Assembly (NCBI GenBank): GCA_026395955.1
Contig: JAPLXR010000009.1
Coordinates: forward strand, 1 to 51,627
Direction of reading: 5' to 3'
DNA: 51,627 nt
Origin: Candidatus Nomurabacteria bacterium
Lineage (GTDB): Bacteria; Patescibacteriota; Minisyncoccia; Phycocordibacterales; UBA9973
The notes beneath the pieces were generated by a model. It was not told the DNA's origin and ran no database searches. It worked only from the letters and a program-made list of their open reading frames with translations. Both the position numbers and the translations under genes were made by a program. Of the stretch, positions 25,407 through 35,513 are shown in pieces. Numbering within the stretch: position 1 is the first letter of the stretch; every line of letters begins with the position of its first letter.

Positions 25407-28400
25407 ATGAAATTTTTGCGTCCAAAAAAAGATGAAAAGACTAAGCATTTTTTTATGCAAGATATCGTTCGAAGAACGATTGATAATCATCCTATTTTGA
25501 AAGAAAATTTACCCGTTATAGAAATTCATTTTGATAGAGCTAAAGAATTATTTCTTGAACACCGTCGAGCTATTTTTGGTATTTTAACTTTAGTTGTATC
25601 TCTTTCAATCTTGAGTGCTTTCTCTATGGGTCATGCTTCAGTTACAAATTTTTATCCTACAAGCTGTCTTGGTGGTTGGGAACATCCAGAGAATGCACAA
25701 GGTGAACCAGACTTACCAAGCGGTTCATCTCCAGAGAGTTTTAGTGTTTCAAATTCTGCGCGACTAGATAAATCCAGTGGCTCTATTTTCTGTGGAGGTT
25801 TCAAGGGAGAAGTTTTAGATAATACACAGCCGACAAATTTTCATTTATCTTTTTCTTGGTCTGTGGATGATGGTTCAGTAAATCATAACGAAGTAAAACC
25901 ATTTGAAAATGTTTCCAATACTGATCAACAAAATACAAATCCTGTAGATAATACAAATTCTAATTCTACAGATACAAATAATTCTACTGCAACAGATGTA
26001 AATAATAATTCAAACTTAGATTTAATTGAAGTTCCAAGTAATTCTGATACACAAAATAATAGTGCTGATAATTCTGTGAATATTCCATCATCAGATCCTG
26101 CACCAGCTCCTGTAGAATCTGCACCTGCACCAGAACCCGCTCCTTCTCAAAACGATAATCCTGTTTCAGCATTTTTATATAATTTATTTTCTACTCCTGC
26201 CTTCGCAGAAGATTTTAGTAATAGTTCATCTACACCAGAATTAATTTCAGAACCTGTTGTTACAGATACATCTACAGATTCAAATGCTTCTACTTCTAGT
26301 GAAAATAAAAATACAGGAGATGAATTATTAAATCAAGAATTAAATTCAGATAAAAACCTATCTGATGCATTTGCCGAAGTAGAATACACTCTCGATGGTA
26401 CAGATTGGAAAACTTTAGGAACTATAAGTCGTAGTCAGTGGCAAAATGCGTCTTTTAATATTCCACTCGATGCTTGGGCAAATCTGGACAATCTTCAAGT
26501 TTCAATAAAAACATTACCGACTTATGATACTCCTGCTGTTATATATTTAGACGCTATGAAAATGAGTGTCGAATATCAAGACATAAAAGAAATCCTTAAT
26601 CGTCCGACGGTTGAATTAAAAGATTCAAGTAATGTTATTTCAAGTCCACAACAAGATTTTAATTCTAGTGAAAATGTTAACTTTACTATAAATACTCCAA
26701 ACTTGGATATTAATGATATTAAAGATTTAGTAAATAATGGTACTGCTGAAATTGTCGATGATAAAGCTGGAGTTCTCACAGATACTCCTGTTATAGATAA
26801 CACAACTTCTAATAATACTATTAATTCTATAAAAGATATTGTAAAACCCACTGCTGATTCTTTAAATAAAGCATTACCAGATGACTTAAATTCAGCTCAA
26901 GTTATAGTTTTACCTGATATACCTAAAACGACGACAGATACAAAAATAATAACAGAAGAAAAACCAGTTTCATTGCTGGATTTTTTCGAAACAAAAAAAG
27001 CTCTAGCTGACGCTCCAGATATTACAGCAAAAGTTTTAGATTTAAATGGAGATGATACAGATATTAGTGCTCGAGTTGTGCCTGTAACTATAAATGGTAT
27101 CAATAAACAGCAAGTTCAAATAATAAAAGGTAGGGAATTCAAGCCTGGAAAATATACACTGAAAGTTTCAGTTAATACACCACAAGCGATAATCGTTTCA
27201 CAACAAGATTTTACTTGGGGTGTTTTGTCTATTAACACAAATAAAAGTATTTTTGAGGTAGGTGATGATGCTTATTTACAAATGGGAGTATTGAATGATG
27301 GTGGACATACTATCTGTGATGCTGATTTAAATTTGTCTATTACTAGTCCTAGCGGAATAGTAAATAATTTTTCAACTAGTGATGATTCTATAATTCGTGA
27401 AAAACAATGTGGACCAGACAATGTTATTTCTGTACCAGACTATTACGCACATTTCAATATTCCTAGTGAAATTGGTACTTATACAATGAGACTTACAGCA
27501 AATACTATAAATGGCACAAAAAATATTTCTGATACTTTTAATGTTGTGCATAATTCTAATTTTGTAGTTGAACGTGTGGGACCATCCCGTATATATCCAT
27601 ACGATACTCCGTACCCAATGAATATAAAAATTACTGCAAAAAATAATTGGCAGGGAATTGTCAGTGAATATGTACCAGAAAGTTTTGATATTTCACAAGA
27701 TACTAATGGTGTGCAATATATTTCTGTAAATATAGTAGAAGACCCTAGTGATCCTACTATACAAGTAAAGAAAATTTCTTGGAATGTATCACTTGTAGCA
27801 AATCAAGAAACAGACCTCGGATATATTTTCAATGCTCCACCTGTGAGTCCAGAATTTTATATACTTGGAAAAATTCAATTAAATAATAATGGAAATCTTT
27901 CTTTTGAAGAAGCTCGTAATTGGCAGATAGCATCTGATGCTGCATGTAACGCAACTGTCACAGGAACATGGGGAGGAACAGATACTGCTACTTTTACGTC
28001 TTGTACTGGTGCAGCGAGTACTGGTACAGGAACTGGTGCTAGACCAGGATCAGCTGATACTTTAACTATTAACTCTGGTGTAGTTGTTACACTCGCTACA
28101 ACCGCGTCTCTAACTTCTTTAACTCTTGCGACTTCAACTGTTGCAAACGGATTAGTAATAAATGATGGAAATACCTTAACTGTTTCAGGTGCTCTAACTT
28201 TTAATACGTCTGTTACAAACTCGTCTGTAACTCTCGGTTCGAGTACTGGTGCTGGTAACTTGACTGTAGGATCTATTTCTATGGCTGCACCAACTACTGC
28301 TGTTGCTTCTATTGAAAAAATAAACTGTTCGGCGAGTGGAACTGGAACTTTAACTGTTTCAGGAACTGGAACTATCGCTATTACTGGTAGTAGTACCGCA

Positions 28401-31400
28401 TCAAACACTGGTTCAGCAAGTATTGATATGACTGCTGGTGCTTGTAATGTTATTACGGGAACTGGTACAAATACTTTGACCGCAGGTACAACAGGAGCGA
28501 CACCAAATGCATTTATAAGAATGGGAACTGGAACAATTACTTTTAATAGTAGTTTAACTTTTGCTGGAGCAACAGCCAGTAAAGATGCTCTTATTACTGC
28601 AAACGGTACAACTATTTCATTGAACAATGCATCTTTGCCAGCAGTTGGAACTTCTGGTTCATATACTATTACAGGAAATACAAACTTAATTTCGGCTGGA
28701 ACAAGTTCTGTTGCTTATGCAACAGCTGTATCAACATGGGGAACATTAACAGTGAACAGTGGAACTTTGACATTGAGTGCGGCGGCAGAAACATTTACTG
28801 GCGCAGTAAACATTGCCGGAGGAACATTATCACTCGGAAACACCTTTACAGCTTCGAGCACGACTTCGGTGACGGGAACTATTTCAAACTTAAACAGTGC
28901 TACAGTAAAAACTTTTACAGGATTAGTTACAGTAAACTCTGGAGGATCAATTAACTTAACTACTGCTACTGTGCCTGTTGTGGTTATTGGTGCTGGTGTT
29001 ACCACATCGTCTGGTGCTAGTACTGTAAACTTTGGAACGGGAGCTACGACTTTTTCTAACGCATCACCGACTTTTACTGGGCCTGTCGCTGTAACAATTG
29101 GTGCTGTCACCTTAGCATCAGGTCAAACATTAACTAACAATATGAGTGCGACTCTTACATTGGCATCACTTACATTTGGTTCTGCTCCTGCTTCTGCTAT
29201 AACTGCTACACTTTCAACTGGATCAACGACTACTGTAACTGGAGCTATTACCTATGCCGTAGGAGCAAGTGCTCAGAGTGAAAGTATTTTATTAAACGGT
29301 ACCGCAAACTTAAACGCAGGATCTATTTCTATGCCAGCGATGACTGCAGCAGGTTCTGCTTTGATAACTTGTGTATCGTCTTGTAGTGGAACTTTAACAA
29401 CGACTGGTGCTGTGACTGTGACAGGGAATAGTACAGCTGCACAAACCGGAGTTTCAACTATTGCTATGAGTACAGGTAATATGAGTATTGGAGGATTGCT
29501 TACTATTGCTGGTGGAACTGTGACTGCTGCTACTGTATCTCAAAGTACAGGTAATATGACATTATCTGCTGGTATTACTTTTTCTGGAACAGCAGCAAAC
29601 ACTAGATTGACGACAACAGGAGCAAATACGATTTCTTTTGCGGGTAACTGGACAAATACATCAGCCCCAACTCTTACTATAAATTCTGGTACAACTTTAA
29701 AAACAACTGGAACTGCGACATTGTGTGTGACAAATGGTATGACATGGCCAGGAAAATTGTGGGTATCTGCTGGTACAACTTCACTCGCATTAGCTGAAAC
29801 AATTACTGGTACAACACAAGTTACAAGTACACTTAACAATACTAACGGTAACACGGCTAAAATTTTCGGTGGTCTTATTACTGTAAACTCTGGAGGAACT
29901 TTTGATATGACTGTAGTTACAGCACCTTCTGTCGAATTTCGTGGAGGTATTCAGGTAGATAGTGGTGCAGTAAAATTTGCAACAACAGGAACAACAACAT
30001 TTACCACAGCAAACCAATCAATTTCTGGTGGAGGAAGTATCGGTATTTCATTTGGTGTAGCTACTGTTAACGCAAACATTTTGTTAACAAATAGTTATAC
30101 TGGAGGTACTGTTACTTTTAACTCAACTTTAAACTTGACAGCTCCTACTTCCGCTAGTGATGGTTTAAGTTTATCTACTGGTACTACTACTGTAGTCACT
30201 ACAATTATTACACTTGGAGCGAATGCTGCTGCTGGTGCTTTTACTGAACTTGTTACTTTAAATGGAACGGCAGTTTTTACCGCTGGAACTACAACTTTAT
30301 CTGCACCGACATCTACAACAGCAGGAGCAACAGAAGGAATTATCGCGGCTTCTGGAGCATCAGGTAATGTGAGTTTAGGTGCTACTACTTTGACTTGTAC
30401 TGGTGTCGGAACACAGTTTTGTGGAATAGATTTATCTCTAGGAACAAATGCACTTTCTGTTTCTACTCTTTCTGCTTCTGGTAGTAATACTGATGTTGCA
30501 AAAGTTTTAATGAGTTCCGGAACATTTACTTCAAGTGGACTTATTACTATTACTGGTGCCTCTACTTTAAATCCTTCAGCTGTTTTAACTACAACCACAG
30601 GTAATGTAAATATAAATGCCGGTCTCACTTTTGCTGGAACAGTTGCCAATACTCAATGGAATACTGGTGCAGAAATTATAAACTTTGTAGGAACGATGTC
30701 TGGTGCTGGAGTTATTAATATAAACTCTGGAGCAACTTTTAATACTAGTGGTGTTGCATCTTTGAGTTCTCCTATAACTTTACCGAATTTAAATATATTG
30801 TCAGGAACAACAACAATGGGAGCAATATTGATTACGGTATCTGGTGCTACAAATGTTACAGGTGCTATGGTAAATGCAAGTAGTGCTCTAGCTAAAACTT
30901 TTACAGGATTAGTGACCGTTAACAACGGAGGATCAATTAACTTAACAACAGCTACAGTACCTGCTGTTAGTTTTGCCACAGGTGTCACGACTGTTACTGG
31001 TGCTGGTACTGTAAACTTTGGAACAGGCGCTACTACATTTACAGCTAGTTCTTCTTTTAATGGTCCTGTCGGAATAACAATTGGTGCTACTACTATTAAC
31101 TCTGGAGTTGTTGTTACAAATAACAACACAGCGACAGTTACAATGAGTTCTTTGACCTTAGCTTCTGCTACTTCGGGAACAACTGGCATGTCACTTACTA
31201 CAGGATCTACTACAACAATTACTGGAGCACTTACTTATACTGCCAATGCTGGTGTAGGACTCAATGAAGTTATTACAATGAATGGTACTGCAAACTTAAA
31301 CGCTGGTTCTGTTGTAATGCCTGCTGGAAGTAATACTGGAAACTCATCTGTAACTTGTGCTGCTGGATCTGGAACATTTACTGTTACTGGTGCTTTAGGT

Positions 31401-34322
31401 GTTACAGCAGGAACTACTGCCGGTGCTTCAACCCTCGCAATGGATACTTGCACACTTGCTGCAAATGGACTTGTTACAATTACAGGAGGTACTGTAGGTG
31501 TGGCTAGTATTTCTGCTTCAACTGGAACTTTAGACTTCAATGCTGGTATTACTTTTGCAGTAACATTGGCTCAGGCTCGTATTACAACTTCAGGTGCGGC
31601 AAACATTTATATAACAGGAACAGTTGGTGGTGTGGGAATACTTTCTGGTATTAACTCAGCTACAACAATATACACTCAAGGAGTAGTAAATATAAATGCC
31701 GCTTTAACATTTCCTAATATGACTGTCTCAACAGGAACGACAACAATTTCTCAAGCAACAACTATTTCAAATGGTTTAACTGTCTCAAGTGGAGCAATTT
31801 TACAATTCACAGGAGTTGCCTTTACTTCAAGTAGTACTACGACAGTTAATGGAGCTATAAACTGTACTGTTGCTGCAACTTGTACTGGTACGAAAACTTT
31901 TACAGGTGCAGTTACAGTGAATAACGGGGGAAGTTTTAATCTTAATACTCCTGCACCATCAGTCTTTCCTACTTTAGTTTTTGGTAGTGATATTACTGTA
32001 AATACAGGTGGAGATTTAAATACAGGTATTGCAGGTACCACAAATACTTTTACAGGAAACTTAACCTTATCAGGAGGAGGCACGATGACTTTTAATGGAA
32101 CTGTTGCAAATGCTACAACAATTAACTCAGGAGTATTAGTGACAAATAGTAATACAAATACAGTAACATTTGGAGTTTTGACTTTAGCTTCTGGATCTAC
32201 AGGTCTGTCACTTTCTACTGGATCAACAACGACAGTTTCAGGATTGCTTTCAGCGTCAGCTAATGCTACAGCTACAAATACAAATATAGCAATGAATGGA
32301 ACTGCGAATCTAAATGCTGGAACATTTACAATTACTCCACCTACTAGTACTGGAAATGTTGGTGTTACTTGTAATGCTAGTTCTGGAACATTTACAGTTA
32401 CTGGGGTGACAACGATATCAGGAAATGCGACTTCAACAGGAACGGCAAATATGCTTATGGATAGTTGTAATTTTTCTGCTGGTGGTGCTGTAAACATGGG
32501 TGGAGGAGCAAATGCTGTCGGAGGTATCGATACTCTTTCTTTTAGTACTGGTACACTTACATTTTTAACTGGTATTACTTTTGCAGGAACAAGTCAGGCT
32601 AGAAATAAACTTACTACTACAGGTGCAGGTATTATAAATCTCACTGGTACAATGACAGGAGGTGGAACAATTTCAATTGATTCAACTACTACATTTAATA
32701 CTACAGGAACAACTGGTTTTTCGTCTCCCATTACACTTCCAAATTTAAATGTTCTTTCTGGTACAACTACAATGAATGGTGTAACTATTACTGTAAATGG
32801 TGCAACAAATATTTCAGGAACACTCGCAACAGGAAGTATTACCGGTACAAAAACATTTACCGGGTTAGTCGATGTAAATCCTTCTGCAAGTTTTGATTTT
32901 ACTGCTTTTGCTACGGCGACAAGTTTTGGTAGTGGTATTAATATGGATGGAACAACATTCAATACTGGTACAGGTACAACTACTTTTTCTGCATCACAAA
33001 GCCTAAGTGGCTCTACTGCTATGATTTTCGGTGGAGCAGTAACGATAAGTAGTGGATTTACTTTAACAAATAGTAATACTAGTACAGTTGACTTTAACAG
33101 TAGTATTACAGGAGGTAATGGATCTTCTAACTTTGCAACAGATATCAACTCAACAACGAACTTCGGAGGCGCAACAATGGCAACAGGAACACTTACTCCA
33201 AGCACAAGTGTAAATACTATTGCTTATGATGGAGGAACACAGACAATAGAAGCCCCGATAACAAATCCGTATTACAATTTAAATATTACAGCTGCTGGAG
33301 TAAAAAGTTTAGCCGCGATTACTACAGTAACTAATACGATAAATATTTCAGCAGGAACTCTCGATACAACAAGTGCTTCACATTATAATATAAACACTGG
33401 GAATATGACTATAGGTGGTAGTGGAACATTACTCGGACAAGCTGCAACTATTACACTCACTGGTAATTGGTCAAACGCTGGTGTATTTACAGCAGGAACT
33501 TCAACTGTAATTATGAATGGTGGTACAACTGCATCTGTAACAGGAACGACAACATTTAATAATCTAACCATTACACACACAAGCGCAAAAGAAGTTGATT
33601 TCGATTCAACTGGTATTACACACGTGACAGGAATATTTACTGTAACAGGGCATTCTGGTAATTTGATAACTTTACGTTCAGATGCAACTCCGACAAAATG
33701 GCAAATACATCCGACAGGTACTGCGAGTGCTGACTATGTAGACGTAATGGACGGAGGATGTCAAAGCGGATCTACCAATATCTCACCAACTAATTTTACA
33801 AATAGTGGAAACAATGACGGTTGTTGGGTTCCAACTTTCGTTTCTTTTACTTATTCTAATTCTGATTCTAGTATTGGTTTTGGAACGTTATCTTCTCTGG
33901 GTGTGTGTTATGCTACAAATGACACATTGGGTTCTGCTACAGATGTCGTTGCTCATAGTTTAAATATGGTAACAAATGCTGTTTCAGGATATACACTTAC
34001 ATATTTTGGAAATACTTTAACTTCTGGGTTAAATACAATTAGCCCAGCTATTAATATCAATACTGGTGGAACATCTGGAACATCTCAATTTGCAATTTCA
34101 GGTACAATGACGAGTTCTGGTACTGGTGCTATGGTATCAGGCTATAATCATGTTACTCCACAATGGTCTTTTGTAGATGGTGCAACTACAACAATTGCAT
34201 CTTCTTCGGGTCCTGCAACTTCTGATACTGTCGATATGCACTATGAAGCAAATATTTCTCCTATAACTCCAGCAGGGAATTATTCTACAAATATTACTTA
34301 TATAGTTACAGGAAATTTTTAA
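25407..34322 (+). CDS. Giant (2971 aa) N-terminally membrane-anchored surface protein. It has low-complexity stalks, Ig-like domains, about 5-6 Thr/Gly/Ala-rich repeats of ~330 aa (beta-helix-like) and a C-terminal subunit-like domain.
   Basis: TM segment IFGILTLVVSLSILSAF near aa 55-75. N/T/D/S-rich and PAPAPVESAPAPEPAP linkers. Repeated ...KTFTG(L/A)VTVN(S/N)GGS(I/F)NL... and ...(L/M)NGTANLNAG... units. A near-C-terminal SGNNDGCW motif. The last ~160 aa are homologous to the product of 34436-35506. Confidence 0.85.
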   Translation: MKFLRPKKDEKTKHFFMQDIVRRTIDNHPILKENLPVIEIHFDRAKELFLEHRRAIFGILTLVVSLSILSAFSMGHASVTNFYPTSCLGGWEHPENAQGEPDLPSGSSPESFSVSNSARLDKSSGSIFCGGFKGEVLDNTQPTNFHLSFSWSVDDGSVNHNEVKPFENVSNTDQQNTNPVDNTNSNSTDTNNSTATDVNNNSNLDLIEVPSNSDTQNNSADNSVNIPSSDPAPAPVESAPAPEPAPSQNDNPVSAFLYNLFSTPAFAEDFSNSSSTPELISEPVVTDTSTDSNASTSSENKNTGDELLNQELNSDKNLSDAFAEVEYTLDGTDWKTLGTISRSQWQNASFNIPLDAWANLDNLQVSIKTLPTYDTPAVIYLDAMKMSVEYQDIKEILNRPTVELKDSSNVISSPQQDFNSSENVNFTINTPNLDINDIKDLVNNGTAEIVDDKAGVLTDTPVIDNTTSNNTINSIKDIVKPTADSLNKALPDDLNSAQVIVLPDIPKTTTDTKIITEEKPVSLLDFFETKKALADAPDITAKVLDLNGDDTDISARVVPVTINGINKQQVQIIKGREFKPGKYTLKVSVNTPQAIIVSQQDFTWGVLSINTNKSIFEVGDDAYLQMGVLNDGGHTICDADLNLSITSPSGIVNNFSTSDDSIIREKQCGPDNVISVPDYYAHFNIPSEIGTYTMRLTANTINGTKNISDTFNVVHNSNFVVERVGPSRIYPYDTPYPMNIKITAKNNWQGIVSEYVPESFDISQDTNGVQYISVNIVEDPSDPTIQVKKISWNVSLVANQETDLGYIFNAPPVSPEFYILGKIQLNNNGNLSFEEARNWQIASDAACNATVTGTWGGTDTATFTSCTGAASTGTGTGARPGSADTLTINSGVVVTLATTASLTSLTLATSTVANGLVINDGNTLTVSGALTFNTSVTNSSVTLGSSTGAGNLTVGSISMAAPTTAVASIEKINCSASGTGTLTVSGTGTIAITGSSTASNTGSASIDMTAGACNVITGTGTNTLTAGTTGATPNAFIRMGTGTITFNSSLTFAGATASKDALITANGTTISLNNASLPAVGTSGSYTITGNTNLISAGTSSVAYATAVSTWGTLTVNSGTLTLSAAAETFTGAVNIAGGTLSLGNTFTASSTTSVTGTISNLNSATVKTFTGLVTVNSGGSINLTTATVPVVVIGAGVTTSSGASTVNFGTGATTFSNASPTFTGPVAVTIGAVTLASGQTLTNNMSATLTLASLTFGSAPASAITATLSTGSTTTVTGAITYAVGASAQSESILLNGTANLNAGSISMPAMTAAGSALITCVSSCSGTLTTTGAVTVTGNSTAAQTGVSTIAMSTGNMSIGGLLTIAGGTVTAATVSQSTGNMTLSAGITFSGTAANTRLTTTGANTISFAGNWTNTSAPTLTINSGTTLKTTGTATLCVTNGMTWPGKLWVSAGTTSLALAETITGTTQVTSTLNNTNGNTAKIFGGLITVNSGGTFDMTVVTAPSVEFRGGIQVDSGAVKFATTGTTTFTTANQSISGGGSIGISFGVATVNANILLTNSYTGGTVTFNSTLNLTAPTSASDGLSLSTGTTTVVTTIITLGANAAAGAFTELVTLNGTAVFTAGTTTLSAPTSTTAGATEGIIAASGASGNVSLGATTLTCTGVGTQFCGIDLSLGTNALSVSTLSASGSNTDVAKVLMSSGTFTSSGLITITGASTLNPSAVLTTTTGNVNINAGLTFAGTVANTQWNTGAEIINFVGTMSGAGVININSGATFNTSGVASLSSPITLPNLNILSGTTTMGAILITVSGATNVTGAMVNASSALAKTFTGLVTVNNGGSINLTTATVPAVSFATGVTTVTGAGTVNFGTGATTFTASSSFNGPVGITIGATTINSGVVVTNNNTATVTMSSLTLASATSGTTGMSLTTGSTTTITGALTYTANAGVGLNEVITMNGTANLNAGSVVMPAGSNTGNSSVTCAAGSGTFTVTGALGVTAGTTAGASTLAMDTCTLAANGLVTITGGTVGVASISASTGTLDFNAGITFAVTLAQARITTSGAANIYITGTVGGVGILSGINSATTIYTQGVVNINAALTFPNMTVSTGTTTISQATTISNGLTVSSGAILQFTGVAFTSSSTTTVNGAINCTVAATCTGTKTFTGAVTVNNGGSFNLNTPAPSVFPTLVFGSDITVNTGGDLNTGIAGTTNTFTGNLTLSGGGTMTFNGTVANATTINSGVLVTNSNTNTVTFGVLTLASGSTGLSLSTGSTTTVSGLLSASANATATNTNIAMNGTANLNAGTFTITPPTSTGNVGVTCNASSGTFTVTGVTTISGNATSTGTANMLMDSCNFSAGGAVNMGGGANAVGGIDTLSFSTGTLTFLTGITFAGTSQARNKLTTTGAGIINLTGTMTGGGTISIDSTTTFNTTGTTGFSSPITLPNLNVLSGTTTMNGVTITVNGATNISGTLATGSITGTKTFTGLVDVNPSASFDFTAFATATSFGSGINMDGTTFNTGTGTTTFSASQSLSGSTAMIFGGAVTISSGFTLTNSNTSTVDFNSSITGGNGSSNFATDINSTTNFGGATMATGTLTPSTSVNTIAYDGGTQTIEAPITNPYYNLNITAAGVKSLAAITTVTNTINISAGTLDTTSASHYNINTGNMTIGGSGTLLGQAATITLTGNWSNAGVFTAGTSTVIMNGGTTASVTGTTTFNNLTITHTSAKEVDFDSTGITHVTGIFTVTGHSGNLITLRSDATPTKWQIHPTGTASADYVDVMDGGCQSGSTNISPTNFTNSGNNDGCWVPTFVSFTYSNSDSSIGFGTLSSLGVCYATNDTLGSATDVVAHSLNMVTNAVSGYTLTYFGNTLTSGLNTISPAININTGGTSGTSQFAISGTMTSSGTGAMVSGYNHVTPQWSFVDGATTTIASSSGPATSDTVDMHYEANISPITPAGNYSTNITYIVTGNF
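27945..33560 (+). repeat. Tandem ~1-kb coding repeats (about 5-6 units) inside the 2971-aa gene
   Basis: The landmark NGTA(N/V)(L/F)(N/T)AG recurs near 29290, 30260, 31275 and 32290. The KTFTG landmark recurs near 28908, 29865, 30894, 31890 and 32850. DNA similarity between units is roughly three-quarters by eye (for example 28908-29100 versus 30894-31090). Confidence 0.75.
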
Positions 34323-34380
34323 TTTTTTTTTAGAAAATAATTATGTGGATAACCTTTTGTTGTTTTTATTTGTGTGAATA

Positions 34381-34389
34381 TGATATAAT
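34381..34389 (+). promoter_or_regulatory. Extended -10 TGaTATAAT upstream of the 356-aa subunit gene
   Basis: tgatataat at 34381-34389 in the 113-nt gap after the giant gene. This implies an internal promoter for the downstream genes. Confidence 0.35.
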
Positions 34390-34435
34390 AAATACAATAA
34401 ATACGTAAAAATTATTATTATTATTATTTAAAATA

Positions 34436-35506
34436 ATGAAATTATTTAAATCAAAATTTGTGTCTGCATTCTTAATCCTCGCGGTTGTTTTTTTTAGTTC
34501 TGGTTTGTTTGTGAATCATGCATACGCTGCATCGATCACTACTTTTTCGGACACACTTTCAAATGAAAATGCAAGTGCTGTGTCAAACCATGACATCTCT
34601 TTCGTCACTCCTACTGGTGTTGCCAGTGGTCAAACAATCATTTTAACTTTCGACAACAGTACTTCTATTAATGCATCTCTCGACTTTAGTGATATAGATG
34701 TGCTCGACAACGGTACGAACGTCACACTCGCTGCGTCACCGACTGGAGCTACGTGGGGAGCAGTAAGAACTTCAGCTACTGTTATTACACTTACTAATGG
34801 TACAACTGCAGTCACTGCGGGACATACTATTCGTATCAAAATTGGAACAAACGCAACTAACCAATCTACTGGTGTTCGCCAAATAACAAACGGTCCTGCA
34901 GGTACTACTACGCTTGCAATCTCGGGAACTTTTACTGATACTGGTACACTCGCGATGGCTATCATTTCAAACGACGTAGTCACAGTAACTGCAACAGTAG
35001 CTCCGACTATTTCTTTCGCTCTATCTTCAAATGCTATTAGTTTTGGTACATTAACATCTGCTAATGGTAAATGGGCTGATTCATCTACAGGGCAAACAGC
35101 TATAGCAGGTAACCTTCCAACAGCTGCTCATACTATGACAGTTTCTACTAATGCTAGTTCGGGTTATGTTGTTTCAGAATTAGGTACAACACTCGCATCT
35201 GGCGCTAATACCATAGCAGCTGCTACTATTTCAGCAGATAGTGATGGTACTCCTAACTCTGCACAGTTTGCTACATCTTTTAGTACTAGTGGATCATCAA
35301 CTATTAATACTTCATATGCACGAAGTTCAAACAGTAGTTGGAGTTACGCAAACTCTGCTTCAGTGCCTGTAGTTATTGTAACTTCTCCTGCAGCACCAGT
35401 ATCTTCAGAAGTCATTACCGCATCTTATTTAGCAAATATTAGTGGTTCTACTCCAGCAGGATCTTATACTACTGGAGTTACTTACATAGCTACTGCAACA
35501 TTCTAA
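34436..35506 (+). CDS. Secreted 356-aa surface subunit. Its C-terminal half is homologous to the C-terminus of the giant protein (WxL-like or pilin-like, unassigned).
   Basis: Signal peptide MKLFKSKFVSAFLILAVVFFSSGLFVNHAYA. ISF..S...ISFGTL, TNASSGY, TLASGANTI, QFA and ANISGSTPAGSYTTGVTYIATATF align with the tail of the giant protein. Confidence 0.7.
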   Translation: MKLFKSKFVSAFLILAVVFFSSGLFVNHAYAASITTFSDTLSNENASAVSNHDISFVTPTGVASGQTIILTFDNSTSINASLDFSDIDVLDNGTNVTLAASPTGATWGAVRTSATVITLTNGTTAVTAGHTIRIKIGTNATNQSTGVRQITNGPAGTTTLAISGTFTDTGTLAMAIISNDVVTVTATVAPTISFALSSNAISFGTLTSANGKWADSSTGQTAIAGNLPTAAHTMTVSTNASSGYVVSELGTTLASGANTIAAATISADSDGTPNSAQFATSFSTSGSSTINTSYARSSNSSWSYANSASVPVVIVTSPAAPVSSEVITASYLANISGSTPAGSYTTGVTYIATATF

Positions 35507-35513
35507 AAAAAAT

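Noticed and set aside
27875-33580. Long minus-strand ORFs inside the 2971-aa gene (27875-28627, 28715-29110, 29540-29854, 30095-30649, 30653-31189, 31235-31540, 31751-32497, 32594-33205, 33383-33580)
   Set aside because: They are Val/Pro/Ala-rich and low in complexity. They lie exactly antisense to the ACN/GGN/GCN-rich repeat region, whose reverse complement rarely forms stop codons. They have no independent start context or motifs. They are a compositional artefact of the sense gene.
34410-34428. (ATT)n microsatellite-like run upstream of the 356-aa gene
   Set aside because: It is only about 5 units in an extremely AT-rich intergenic region. That is expected by composition and gives no evidence of function.
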